DNA of 63,764 nt, from positions 1 to 63,764 of the forward strand of contig WELB01000021.1 of the NCBI GenBank assembly GCA_009602725.1, in the 5' to 3' direction. The notes under the pieces are model-generated. The model was not told the DNA's origin, searched no databases, and saw only the letters and a program-made list of their open reading frames with translations. This DNA comes from Spirogloea muscicola (taxonomy: Eukaryota). This document shows positions 38,201-50,838 of the stretch, piece after piece (the stretch's first letter is position 1; every line of letters begins with the position of its first letter). A program made the position numbers and the translations under genes.

Positions 38201-39845
38201 TCATCCTGGGGGTCCCATTCGGCACGCCGTCTTTCGTCGACGGGCAACTGCGCGACCAGCTCCTGGAGCACCTCCAGCCGGTGGCCCGCCTCCCCGAGCT
38301 GCAGGATATGCAGCTGGCGCTTGCTATGCTCACCAGATGCATTGTGCAGCGTCCCCACTACCTGGCGCGGACGACCCCTCCCTGCCCGGAGGTGCTGGAG
38401 GCCTACACCAAGTTCGACGCGGGCCTCATGGAGAGCGTGGCGGCCCTCATCCGTCACCCGGGCTTCCTCGATTCGCCCGCTGCGGCCCACCAGGCCACTC
38501 TGCCCCCCGGCCATGGCGGCCTCGGCTGCCGCTCGCTCACTCGATCTGCAGGCCAGCGTTCCTCGGCAATTGGGCTCAGTTCGCCACGTCGGTGGCACAG
38601 CGCTTTCTCCATGATGGGCGGTCCATGCGGCAGCAGGCTGTGGCGGAGATGGCGACCGGCTCGTTGCCTTTTCAGGTGGCGCTCCGCTCAGCTTAAGACG
38701 AGTTACTTGCGGAGCACCCTGCCCTCGCAGAGAGCGTGGTCCCGTTTGCCCACCTTGCCAACTCCACCGACTCGCAAGCGCAGGCGCGGTACATGGCGGC
38801 AGTCGACAAGGCGTCGTCCATGGCCACGCTGCAGCTCCTCCCTCCCACAGATGTGCGAGGCCATGCTCGGCTGCTGTCGGCCGCCTCCCCTGGCGCGGCA
38901 GCCTGGTTCTGTGCGCTCCCTCTATACGACGCCCTCAGGTTGCCGGATGAACTCTTACGTACAGCCAACCATCGCCTGTTGGGTCTCCCCCCGCCCTGTC
39001 TACTTGGCGTGCTGCAGTGTGAGTATGGGGAGCGGTCGACGGACTGGCAGAGCTGGCGGCGCGTATTCTCCGCTGCGCCACCGGAGGCGAACGTACAGCT
39101 GCTCACGACCTCCTCCGAGATGCAATGTTCGGCATCTTCCAGGAGGCCGGATACATGGTGGCCATGGAGAATACGTCGGTCATGCCCATCCTCCCGAGGA
39201 CCGACGGACTCCACACGCGCCGCGTCGACCTGGTGGCGTCCACGCCGGGCGGCGGCGCGCGCGTCATCGCTGATGTCGCCGACCGCTCCAACCCAAGGCT
39301 CTCCTTGCGGGCTGGCCACGCTGCGGCGAAGGCCGCTGGCAGCAAAGCGGTCAAACACGCCGACCATCCGGCTGCAGATGAGTTCGTACCCCTGGCCGTG
39401 GACGTGCACGGGGCTCTCGGGTCCCAGTGGCTCGACCTGCTGGCCAGGCTTGCGCAACGCGCTGTGTCCCGCAGGCACGGTGAGCCGGCTGACTTCAACG
39501 CCGCTGGCTCGTGGGCTCAGGTATATCGTATGCGATTGTCCGTCTCCCTTTAGCGGTCCATGGCCCACGCCTTGCATCTGTGTGCTGGCCGTGCTCTCAC
39601 TGCGGCCTCCGGCTTTCGTCAGGGGGATGATTTTCCGGCAGCTAGTCTGTCGGATTTGAGGCTCCTCACTCGTAACTACTGAGTGGTCTACCTTCCCCCG
39701 TTCTGACATAGCATCTTCAGGCCCCTTCGTAGCTGCTTAGCGCTTTTTAGGCCCCTCCATCATTTGGCCCCTTCCGAACCTTTGTCAATCCTTTTTCGGG
39801 CTGGCTTTCCACAGCCTTCGCCCCCTGTGGGAGTGCCGCTTCTAT
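35223..39845 (+). mobile_element. Near full-length, decayed CRE-clade non-LTR retrotransposon (subfamily B): zinc finger, RT, RLE
   Basis: C2HC finger CRHC-x12-HELAC (36592-36654); RT motifs AGGPSGM, KANGGVRPIAIGE, APHQYG, DVQNAFNS, RQGDPL (~37919), YADD (38015); RLE RRVDLV, FVPLAVDVHG. Multiple stops and frameshifts; gap at 36031-36414. Confidence 0.92.
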
Positions 39846-40362
39846 GCTTTTCCAGCCCCTATCCTCAATGGGCGAGCCCTCTTTTCTTGGTGGTGAATGC
39901 TGCCTTGTCCATCGCGGCCGCTAAGGTGCTAAGTGCTAAGACGGCAGCACGAGGACTGTCAGTGACCTCTAGTCAGCCGGAGGCCGCAGCCAAAATGCCG
40001 TCATGCAAAGCTGTGCCTCTCGGCCATTCGGACCTAGTCCACCTCCTCACAACCACTCCCTCACCCCCCTTCCCTTCTCCACCCTCGCTGCTGTGCGCCG
40101 TCCCCCTCCTCACAGAAGTCCTGGCCGATAGCCCGTCCCGGGCTGCAACCCCATGCTGCTTGCCAGGTCCCTCCGAAAGAGCGCGCTGCTGCTCTCACCG
40201 CCGCCTCACCTCTCTTTCCTCACACTGCCAGCAGCTCCGCCGGCAGCATGACCAACCCACCTCCGCCCCGCCCCGCTGTCGCCGCCGTCATGCTGTCACC
40301 AACTCGAACGCCAGAAGTGGGCGCTGCAGCAGCTGCTCGACCAGGGAAGCGGCTTACGATCC

Positions 40363-43300
40363 ATGGCTCGGATGCGTTCAGATGAAGCCTTAGCGGCGGG
40401 CCCAAGTGCAGGCGTCGGCAACGCCACCGCAACGCAGCCGATGGCTGGCGCCGGGGACGCTGGTGAGCGCCGCAGCAGCGATGGGGAGGAGGAGGAGGAG
40501 GTCGAGGAGGAGTTTTACGAGGCCGCTGAGGAGATCCAGAGCTCCGAGAGCGGAGGGGACAGCAGCGTCGGGACGAGCGCCGCTGCTAGTCGCACCGCTG
40601 CTACTGCCGCCACTGCCGCCACCGAAGCGTCCTCTGTGTGGGTCGGCGAGCCGCGCAGCGTGAAGGAGCGCCGCGAGCGGCTGCGGCAGCACATGCGGCT
40701 CGCCAGCAGCACAGGCCGCAGAGACAGCCGCAGGGCGCTGCCAGCTGGCGGCCTCGGGTGAGGCCGCACCCCAGCGATCCTGGTCGGCTAAGCGGCTTCA
40801 TGGCTCTTGGCCACTATCTTGGGGCCTTAACCACTGGGAATGGTTCCCATGAGGCCTGCTCCAGTTCCTTCATGCCTGGCTGTGGCTCCGCTAACATAGT
40901 CATGAGCACCCTCTGTATGCACCTGGCTGGCATTTCATGGCAACTCTTCTGATCTTCACAAGCAAATTGTGGATATTTTTACTATTGTTGGTGGTAACAG
41001 TAAAGCAAAGTATCTAATATCAGCAGCCGGGTTCTTCTTCAGTGCCCTGCACCTCGGTGATGGTGGGGCGATGAAAGCGGGCGCGTGGGCAGCCAGCCGG
41101 CTGGAGCAGTCGCCAGGTGAGTTTGAAGCCGAGCCATCACCACATCGTACTGCCACCTCAGTGCAGGCGCAGCAATCGTCCAAGCGACGCTGACTTCTCC
41201 AGTCGCCCTCCTTGCTTGCTGTGTGGCCAGGTAGCGGTGCAGTCAACACAGTGGGCACCTCGCCACAGCCTGTAACTGGCGATGGCCAGGCGGTCGCGGT
41301 TGCCACGGCCCCTTCGGCAAGCCTGCCAGCTGCTCTAGAGCTCAACGAGACCCCTCAGGCCCGACCATGGCCCAGGAAGAGACTGGGCTCGATGCCGCGC
41401 GTTGCGCAGCCGTTGTCAATGGCCGCCGTGTCTCCCGGCAGCAGTCCCCCAGGCAGGACTCGCTCGGCTGCAGCAGCTTTGGCCAAAGCGCGTCAAGGAC
41501 GGGGCAGCCCCCTGTCTGACAGCAGCCCCTCTTCCCATGGGGGTGGGGACGGCGGCGGCGGCGTCGGCGGCAGCGGCGGCGGAGGTGGAGTCCCGCCTGC
41601 GGCAGAGAGCATGTACCGCATCAAGGACCTTGACAGTGGCCGGGAGTTTGTGCTGGAGGAGGGCGATGGCGGACGCCCCTCCACCTCCGAGTTGCCGGGC
41701 TGGCGGCGACGTGCTGCTGGAAGGAGTACCGGTCACGGTGCTGGCGCCAGGAGCGAGCACGTCCGTGACCTCAGCACGGGCACGCAGCTCACCCTTGAGG
41801 AGTTCGAGAGCAGCCTCGGTGGACTCCTTCATCCTCACGCCCGTTCATCGGCTCTGTCACCTTCCCGACTCATGACCAAGGTTGCAAAGGCCTGCAGAGA
41901 CCATGGCGCAGCCAGACACAATTTGACCAGCACCCAGAATCGGCATGAGCCTCTTGTTCTTGTGCATGGGCTGGGTGCAGGCGTTCCGACGATGCTGCAG
42001 GAAATGGCGAGGCGGGACCGGGGTGCGCCGCCGTGGAATGCAGGTGTGCTGGCTGCCGAGCCTCCCTGGTCGTTTGCTCGGGGGATTCAGTGTGCACTCT
42101 CAGGCAGCCGTGCAGACCTTGTGGTTGGCGGCTGCTGAGATGACTTGCTGGACTGCTTGTAGGTGAGGAGGACTGGGCGTCACAGGCGGTGGCCAAGAAG
42201 CCCAAGAAGGCCCGCCAGCGCAGCTGGCTGAAGGCCATCAAGGTCGGCAGGCCTTGGTCGTGACATTCGCAGTTGCACTTGAAGCATGGACGCAGATGAT
42301 CTGTGTACCCTCCATGCCTATGGCTTGCCATTGTCCTGGAAGACGTGGGATAAGCAACCAGGCGAGCTCGATGGCTGCCACCTAAGCTGCTCCTCCACTC
42401 TTTCAGGTGTATGCTGGCCGCCAGAGCACTCGTGAGGGTGCAACCAGACAAGCTGAGTCTGTGGCTGGCAAGAGTCACGACTCGCCCGCAAAGGTGGATG
42501 CGGAAGCTGGCAGGGTGCAGGGAGCTGAGCGCATCGGTGTGCCGCTGACGCAGAGCTCTGGGGAGTGGTCTGGTGAGCATTGCGAGGCAGGCTGTCTGGC
42601 AGCTGCGCTGTCAGGTGGATGTGTGGCAGCACACTCAGCGCCAGTGATAAAGGGATATAGCTGCTCCAAGCTTAGCGGAGTCTCCTTCGCTCGGCTTGAT
42701 AAAGTCCCAAACGCAGAGCGCTAGCAGTAATGTCGTGAACAGCCTGAGTCTGCGATCTCGGTCCCTCGGAGCTTAGAGGCCAGTCAGGACGCACTCCATT
42801 CGCCAGCAGTGTTTGTGCAAGTGGCTGTTTATAGCACTTGCTCCAAATGGGCTTCTTGTATATCAAAGTTGGTGTTTGTGGAGGACTCTGTCAGAGGATC
42901 TGGGGAGTAACTGCAGTTTCTGAGAGACTTATGAGATGTGGTCATGGCGTCTTTGCAAGTAACATGACCTTGCTCTGTTGCTCTTTGTGGTCGCAGGGCC
43001 TGAGTCCACAGGAGCTGCATCAGCAGCATCGTCGTTTCGGTCAGAGCTAGCAGCAGGCGAGGGCGAGCCGGCAGCCGGCGCCAGTGTGGCGTCCCTCGTG
43101 AAGACGCAGGTTCACCGCAAGCTTTACAAGGAGCTGACGGACCTGCGCAACCTCCAGAACTTTCGTGCGCACCATGTGAGGCCTGCTCCCCTACTTCATC
43201 TCCTCGACAATTCATGCATAAGTGGCAGAAGGATAGGACTCCATACATTCAAGTACTGCATTGAGCTTGCCCGTCTGTGAGGATGTGCCCTGTGCCGCGC

Positions 43301-45979
43301 AAGAGGTGCCAATGCAGCAAGTAGCTTGCGACTGGGCACTGACGTGCCTTCGAGGGTGCGGCCGATGTGTGCCTCACGTGTGCGAGGCAGGGGGCCATTT
43401 GGGTGCTCAAGTTCAATGCCAGTGGGCGGCTACTCGCGACTGGCGGACAGGACGCGGTGGTGCGCATCTGGGATGTCCGGAAGGGTGGCACGTCGCCTGC
43501 CAGTGAGGGCCTGGTGGCGGCAGGCGGTGCTGAGGATGGCTCCGGCAGCGACAGTGGCTCGTGCCGCAGCGGCGATGGTAGAGCAAGGCCCCCTGCTACC
43601 GAGAGCGGCAGGCATGTGGCTGCGGTCGGGCTAGGCGTGGCGCCGTTCTGGCTGGCAATGCAGCCGGCACGTCGGCTGCGGGGCCACGGCAGTGATGTCC
43701 TTGACCTCTCCTGGTCACGCAACCAGAAGTTCCTGCTGTCATCGTCCATGGACAAGACGGTCCGCTTGTGGCACATTGGGCTCGACACTTGCCTCCGTGT
43801 CTTCCACCACAATGACTACGGCAAGTCGGCACTGCTCTTCCTGGGAATTGGTCACTTTGATACTGAGCGCCTACCAAGGTCCACCACACGTACACATTAA
43901 ATGTGAAGAGTGGCGGTAATGTGGCCTGACGAGCTTCTGCTCGCTGCTGCTGCTGTGGCGCCCACAGTGACATGCATCGACTTCGACCCAATGGACGATA
44001 AATATTTTCTGAGCGGGTCGCTGGACCAGAAGCTGCGCATCTGGAGCGTGCCGCAGAGCCGCGTCATCGAGTGGGCGGATGCACGCGAGATGATCACTGC
44101 TGGCACCTACACGCATGACGGCCAGGTGAATATTGCTCAATTCTATTCACCTTGCTTACTTTGCTTTACCTTGCACACCTACTCAATCCCTATATCCTGG
44201 CCTAGGCACCAGCAGGCATTGCGTTCACCTTCCTGGCGGAGTTATGGTCATTCAGCCCGATGCAATTGCTGACGGTTGTCCTGATTTTCACACTGCTGTA
44301 TGCAGAGAGCGGTTATTGGTTCGTACCGAGGCACCGGACGATTTTACAGGACGGAAGGTGCAAGCCCCTAGGGTGATGTGCTTGTGTGATGTGGTCTTCG
44401 TTGCCAAAGGGCGCTTGCACATGTATCATGCAGCAGGTCCACAAATGCTTATGTGAATTACAAGTTTGCAATTCCTAACAGCAATTGACAACAATGAAGA
44501 GCTAGACAGCTTGGGCTCTAATTTGTATCTCAAGGCTTACGTGACTTAGAAGTTATGATAAAAGTTCAGCAGAACTTTGATTAAGCCGCGGCTACTATCT
44601 CGAACCCAGATGCTAGGCGCTCGCTAGCAGCTGCTTCGAGTCCCACCACTCATTAGGCAGGGCTGCTCATGTGAGGCTGGCGGCTGGCTGCAGGGCACAA
44701 GCTGCGGCTTGAGGGACAGGTGGATGTGCGAAGTACGCGGGGCCGCAATGCGGTCGGCAAGAAGATTACCGGCATTCATGTCCGTTGCTTCCCTTCCCCC
44801 ATCAAAAGCCCCGCCGTCGATTCACGCTTGTTTCAAGCTGCTGTGCTTGTGGTACTCAAAGCAAGGAATTATGTGATTGCGGACACGCTGAAGGGGCAGT
44901 GCGTGCGGGCTTGCAAGGGGGGTGCAGTGCCTGCCTGGGGATGCTAGCAAGGTGCTGGTGACAAGCAATGACTCGCGTCTGCGCCTGTATGATGGTACCA
45001 CGCTGACTTGCAAGTACAAGGGTGTGTAGTTGGCCCAGAATTTATTAGCAATGCCAGATGTCTCAGCATTCAATATGGCCCTTAAGCCTAAGAAATTGTT
45101 GCCCTACCCACACAGCCGAACTCTGAATGCTTCTAGGCTGAAGATTTACCTGGGAGGCTTCGAGCTTTGATATATAAGGAATTATTAAGAAGTTCTTTGG
45201 CTAACACCACTATGTTATGGATAGAACTTGCTAGTATGACATTGTCAAGAGGAGGGCTAAGCTTCCAAGGTGGAGGATGTCATTCACGTCGCTCGCGTGT
45301 TCACACTGCCTCCATGAATGCAATACGGCTGTTGTACTCCCGTGCTCATGCTGTTGCTGCTGGCTGGAGCGGCAGGACACCAGCTGGCGAGCAGCCACGC
45401 AGCGGCGCAATTCAGTGCTGCGGGCGACTTCATCCTGTGTGCGTCAGAGGATGGGCGCGTGCTGCTGTGGCCCACGCTCAACACGTATGTGCCTGCCATC
45501 AACCCGTTGTACACGGGTTTCCGCAAGGATCGGCACGAATCGTACGAGGCATTCAACTGCCCGGGCGTGACTGCCTGCACCTTTTGGCCTGGTGAGGGCA
45601 ATGCTGGCGGGGCTGGCATTGGCAACATAACGTCCACAACCCAGCAGAACGTAAGTCCATGAATAGGTACACTGTTGTTGGGTTGCTTGTATGGCTCAGG
45701 GGTAGGCCTAAAAGATCCAGATCCTGGGAGAGTTGCTTGAGTTGTCGTAATTTAGATTCAGATTTACGCTTATCAGGAATCTCTCTATTCTAGGTGCGAT
45801 TTACTTTATTACCACTATTTCTAACAATTAACAAACTTGGCAAATGGCAGGATGCGCGGCCAGCAGGCAGCAGTGGTGGCACTGCGGCACCGGCAGCAGT
45901 TGGCCTTGTGGTTGTGGCAGCGAGCTACGGTGGCGAGCTGCGCACATTTCAGAACTTTGGCCTTCCCGTGTGGTTGTGA
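40363..45979 (+). CDS. WD40-repeat protein, WDR44 (Rab11-binding)-like
   Basis: VWVGEPRSVKERRERL, YRIKDLDSGREF, LTLEEFE, AH|QGAIWVLKFNASGRLLATGGQD, GHGSDVLDLSWS, HNDY|VTCIDFDPMDDKYFLSGSLDQKLRIW, VLVTSNDSRLRLYD, FQNFGLPVWL*. Confidence 0.92.
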
Positions 45980-46669
45980 GCACAGCCACTGCTGCCACTT
46001 CCAGCACACCATACTTGTCCGTAGCCTCAAACACTGCCACGTCAGGCCCAGTCCTTTTTCCTCATTCCTTCCTCCAGTGGAGAACACCTGTCGCCTCCAG
46101 AGCTGCCACCAATGTGGACATATCTGCATTGACAGTAAATCTGATGGCAAACTGGACGAGGTGTCACTGGTGGCCCAGCTGCTCCATCATGGACAACTAT
46201 TTCCGAAGACACCTGGCCTGCTGGTGGAGTTGGACCTGCTGCAGGAGCTGCGCCTTGGCCTCACAGGCTGGCAGAACCAAGTGTATTGAAAAAGAATGCA
46301 CGGAAAAGAACAGGGGGTTGACATTGCCGCAGCTTCCTGGCACTGTTGCTGGATGTACTTCACCTTCAGCGTCTCAGCATCTGAAGCCTACGCTCGCAAG
46401 TATCACCTCAATTCTTGAGGCTGCCAACGATCTGTCTGGAACCTGAACTCATGGCTGTGGGGTAAGGCTGCCACTGAGAAACAGTGTGCAGCAATGAGAG
46501 AGGATGAAGGTGGAGTACGCAGGAACAGCAGAGCAATGCAGAGTAAGGTCAGAAGGGAAGAGAGGGGGAAGGAGTGGGGGGCTGACTGTTGTTCCCCAGC
46601 AAAACCCACGACAACCGAGAATAGCATCAAGTTAGCAGCACAGAGAGCGTCGCCCGCCAATGCGATGCT

Positions 46670-49075
46670 TCATCCGTTAGGCCGCAGCAGAGAAGAGTTT
46701 GGTTGGGGTAGCGTGGGCAGCAGATGGTCACTGAGCGAGAGACCAAAGCCGGCAGTGTGGAGGTCTTGTGGAGCCGTGGCAATGCCCTCGCTCGGCTGCT
46801 GCCCGCCAATGTACTCTTCACCGTCGTCCATGTCCAGCAGCATCATTGTTGGTGCATGGCCCTTGAACAGCGCCAGGTGCCCCAGCAGCTTGTCTTTGCG
46901 GCTGCAGACAACGAGCTTAGGACTCAGTTGAGCGGGGTGGCGACATAGGCCAGCTCTAGCCCGAGGAGGGCAGTGGCAGTGGTTTCACCTGAAGGTCGTG
47001 CCGCAGTTGCACTGCCACTTGTCGCTGCCGCAGTGCTTCTCGTGCGTCTTCAGGTCGGCGACCACTGAGAACTTCTTGGCCTTGCACTTGGTGCACGTCA
47101 GCATCTTGGGGCAGTGCGTTCGCCGGTAGTGGTTCTTGACGCACAGCATCGTCTTGAGGGGCACGAACTTGCGGTGCCGGCGATTCCGCTTGCATGAGGC
47201 GTATGGGCAGCTGAACCTGCACGTCAGAGACAGCGCTGCATCTTAAGGGCATGCACATGGCATTGTTAGCAGAGCAGTCAACTGTTATCACTCAACATTC
47301 CTCGGCCAGGCATTCCCCCTCTCTGTTGTTAGACCTCTCGTCTCACCGCTGACGAGCCGAGACTTACCTCCGGATCTTGGGAAGTCTGTCGCCGTCACCA
47401 CCATTGCCGCCTCCACCACTGCCGCTTGCGGTCCCTGGGCTCCGCTCAGGTCGTGCCAATGCTGCGGTGGTCTTGTACTCATCCCCATGGCCACGCATGT
47501 GCATCCGCAAGTTTGCGTCCCGCTTGAAGCCCTTGCCTGGGCAGCGGCAGTAGCTCATCAGTGTCAAAGCCCACCATGACAGAGGCAGAGGTGAAGACTA
47601 GGGAAGAGGGAGGTGGGTAGGCGGTGCGGGAGGTTTGCCAGGGCGTTGGAGGGTGGGGAGGAGGACGGAAGGCACAGGAGAGGGAAGGAAGGAGGGAAGT
47701 TACGAAGGTATGAAGGGCCGCGCCTAACCGCAGATCTCGCAGAAGTGTGTGTGCTCCGCAAGGATCTCCATTGCGTCCATCTCGACGAGCTCGTAGCTGC
47801 CCGGCGGCAGGTCTTCGCTGTCGCCCCCCTCGCCGTCGTCCTTGTCGCCGTCGGCTGGTCCCCTGCTTGCGGCGCTGCCGTCTTGGATTCCAGTGATGCT
47901 GGCACAGCCAGCGGAGAGGGAATGAAGAGGGTGTGCTTAAGGGCATAGACAACACTGTGATTGTAGTGAAGCAAGTCAGGTTGGCGTAGTGTGGGCCGCA
48001 CCTCCTGCCACCGCCGCTGCATTCATCAACATGTTGCGGCCGTGGCAGCGGCAGCACCGACGACCCGCCATGCACCATGAGCGCGCCCGCTGTGCCGCCG
48101 CCGGTGGAGGTCATCGTGGCTGTTGCACTGGCGAGATGTGGTGGCACAGAAGTCGATGTCGTGGAGGGGAAAGGGGGCAGCGGTGGCAGCAGCGGTCCTG
48201 GCAGCAGGTCGTACGAAGAGGAGGGGGAGGAAGGGGGAGGAAGGAGGGGCTGGCCTTCCCCCCTCAGCGCGTCACCGCCACCGTGGCCCTGCTGCGGCAA
48301 CGCCGCCTGCATGAAGGCCGTCTCGTGCTGCCCAGGGAAGCCGTTGCTGCTGGCCCCCACGCTGCTGCCGCTGCTGAGCATGTGGCCATACGGCAAGTCT
48401 GCCAGCACCTGGGGCTGCAGAGCACCGGGAGCGCACCTGACATTAGGTGTGATGGCCATTGGGCTTTGGCTGGCATATGAGGTGCACCAGAGTTAGCATA
48501 CACACTCACAGAGGGCCAAAGCGGAAAGAGGCGGGGAGGAGGGGGGGAGGGGGTTCGGGTTTGGATGTTGTTGGGTGGTGTACTCCACCTGCTCCTGCTG
48601 CTGCTGCTGGTTGTGGTGCTGCTGGAGCGTGGCGGCAGCCTGCGGCAGCATCTCTGCCGCCGTCATCACCAGCTGGCTGATCACTGACGCCACGCTTGCT
48701 GCTGCCGCCGCCTGCTGCTGCGCCGCTAGCGGTGGGAGCTGGCCGCTCCCCTGCTGATCCAGCAGAATCAGATTTCAGGAGGCCGTTACTGACTCCCAAT
48801 GGAAGACCCAAATTGCTGCATTGCTGAAAGGAGCGGGGAGGGAGGAACATGTCTTTGTGAAATAGTAGCAGAAAAAGAGAGGGGAGGAGGAGGAGGGCAT
48901 GACGGCGCGCCTGTGAGATGAGTGGGAGGAGCGCCTGCAGCGCCTCAATGCGCTGCTGCAGGAGCTGGAGTGCCTCCATGAGCGCCTGCGGCGACAGCGA
49001 CGCACTGGAGCCGGTCCCCACATTGCCTGCCATGCCACCGGCGGTCCTGCCTCCTCCGCCCCTTGGGCTTGCCAT
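46670..49075 (-). CDS. STOP1: STOP1-like C2H2 zinc-finger transcription factor (start and stop uncertain)
   Basis: [123 protein letters not shown]-terminal LQQRIEALQ and VISQLVMTA helices. Confidence 0.93.
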
Positions 49076-50208
49076 GGCGCTGCTACCGCCCTCGCCATTG
49101 CTGCCGTTGCATAGGAGGTTCTGTTGGATTGCCTGCTCGAGCTTAGCAGCCAAGAGCGAAGCTTCAGCTTATGCCATGCAGCGCTTTTGGCGCCGCCGTC
49201 ATCGTCCTTTGCCTGCAGCGTCCGCTGATTGACAGGCATGGACTGGGGCTCCCTGAACAGCCGTGGCAATTGAGATAAAGAGAGAGAAGCAAGGAAGAGA
49301 GAGGGGGAGCTCACAGTGTGGCCACGTCCAGGACTCAACAGCGGCAGTGGGAAATGCGTGAGAGGTTGACCGAGCAGCGAGAACGTGGTGGGCCCGCCGC
49401 CACCTTGCTGTGTGGCTACTGCTGGAGGCCGCTGCGCCGACGTTGGCGGGGGGCTTGCTCGGACGACTCGCTCGGCCTTCTGGCGCGGGATCATTGCCCT
49501 TGCTGCAATTGCTGGCCACTTACTCAGTTCCACTGCTGTGGCCTAATTTCCTCCCTGCGCCCTGCTACACCAACACAATGACATCCTTTCCCTGATGGCT
49601 GTTGTACTGGTAGGGCATGCGGGTCAATTGTCCGCACAAGGAGAGTGAAGGAGCGGGCGCAGGGAAGTGAGATCAAGGAGGGGTCGGTGGTGAAGTACAG
49701 ATGGATGGAGGATTGGAAAGAGGAGAAGTTGAGGTGGATGGCACGGGAGTGGGGGTGTTTTAATCCCCGGGGAGCTACAGAAAGCATGGAGATTGCAGGC
49801 TGTGAAAGTGAGAGATTGAGCGTGTAAGAGAGAGAGGGAGGGAGGGGAAGGGAACCGTGGCGCGAGCCCGGGCGAGCGGAGAGCGGGGGGGGGTGGCGGC
49901 GGAGGGCGGCCCGCCCAGGGGGGGTGCTGCAGCGTGGAGAAGGAGAAGGCTGGGAGGTAATGGAGTGTGTTTTGCGTGATGGGGTGGGGGGGTCCACAGA
50001 CCTTCTCTTTGTAGGGCTTACCTTCTGCGCGAGCTGTCCTTGCGGCTGCTGACGCGGGATAAAAGTACTCAGTGGCTTCTCGTCTCTGCCACTCGCTTGG
50101 CTGGAGAGGTTTGTCCGGTCTTGGTGGGCATTCTTCACGAGCGAGAGCGAGAGAGAGAGAGAGAAAAACGAATGAAAACAGAAAGAAAAATGAGAGAGAG
50201 AAAGACCT

Positions 50209-50838
50209 CTCTAACCTGAGGCTGCTTAGCAGAAGAAGTGGCTCTCGCAATGGGGGCAAGGAGCTGTGAGAAGCCAGCCCGAAAAGAATTGACAAGGTTC
50301 GAAGGGGCCAAACTACGAGCTAAGCAGCGACTGCGGGGGTTACTGCGGGGGTTAGCATGGGTTACTGAGTAATACGTAGCTGCTTTATATCTTGTTGTGC
50401 TTGTTTTTCTCAGCGCTTCCCCTGGCCCCCTTATTGTACTTTGTTCCTTCTTTTTTGGGCTGGCTTTTCCAGCCCCTATCCTCAATGGGCGAGCCCTTTC
50501 TTCTGAAAGAGAGAGAAGGGCTCGCCCATTGAGGATAGGGGCTGGGGAAAAGCCAGCCCAATAAAGAATGGATATAGACCTCTGCAGCGAGACGGCCAAG
50601 CGCATGCGGTACACCTGCGCCAGCGACCCGGCTGCATGAGAATCCACCGGCTCCCCATGGAAGCGGCGGACGATGGCGTGACGTGAGAGCTGTTTGAGCC
50701 CCTCGAGCCACCGAGTGCCCAACGCCCCGTGCGTGTAGGGGGCGAGCGGGAAGAACTCGTCTTCCTGCGGGTGATCTGCGTATATTAGCTCCTTGGCCCG
50801 AGCAGGGCAGGCTACCGCATGCCCAGCCTTGGAGGCAA
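50209..50838. mobile_element. Composite of CRE fragments: A 3' end (+, 50209-50500), a B 3' end inserted in it (-, ~50231-50312), and a truncated A copy (-, 50517-50838)
   Basis: Matches 35095-35222/39846-39880 and 39765-39842. The minus copy encodes KELIYADHPQEDEFFPLA and AGSLAQVYRMRLAVSLQRS. Confidence 0.85.

Noticed and set aside
39797..39880. 3' hairpins considered as a hammerhead or HDV-like ribozyme
   Set aside because: No CUGANGA/GAAA core or nested double-pseudoknot pattern could be assigned by eye.
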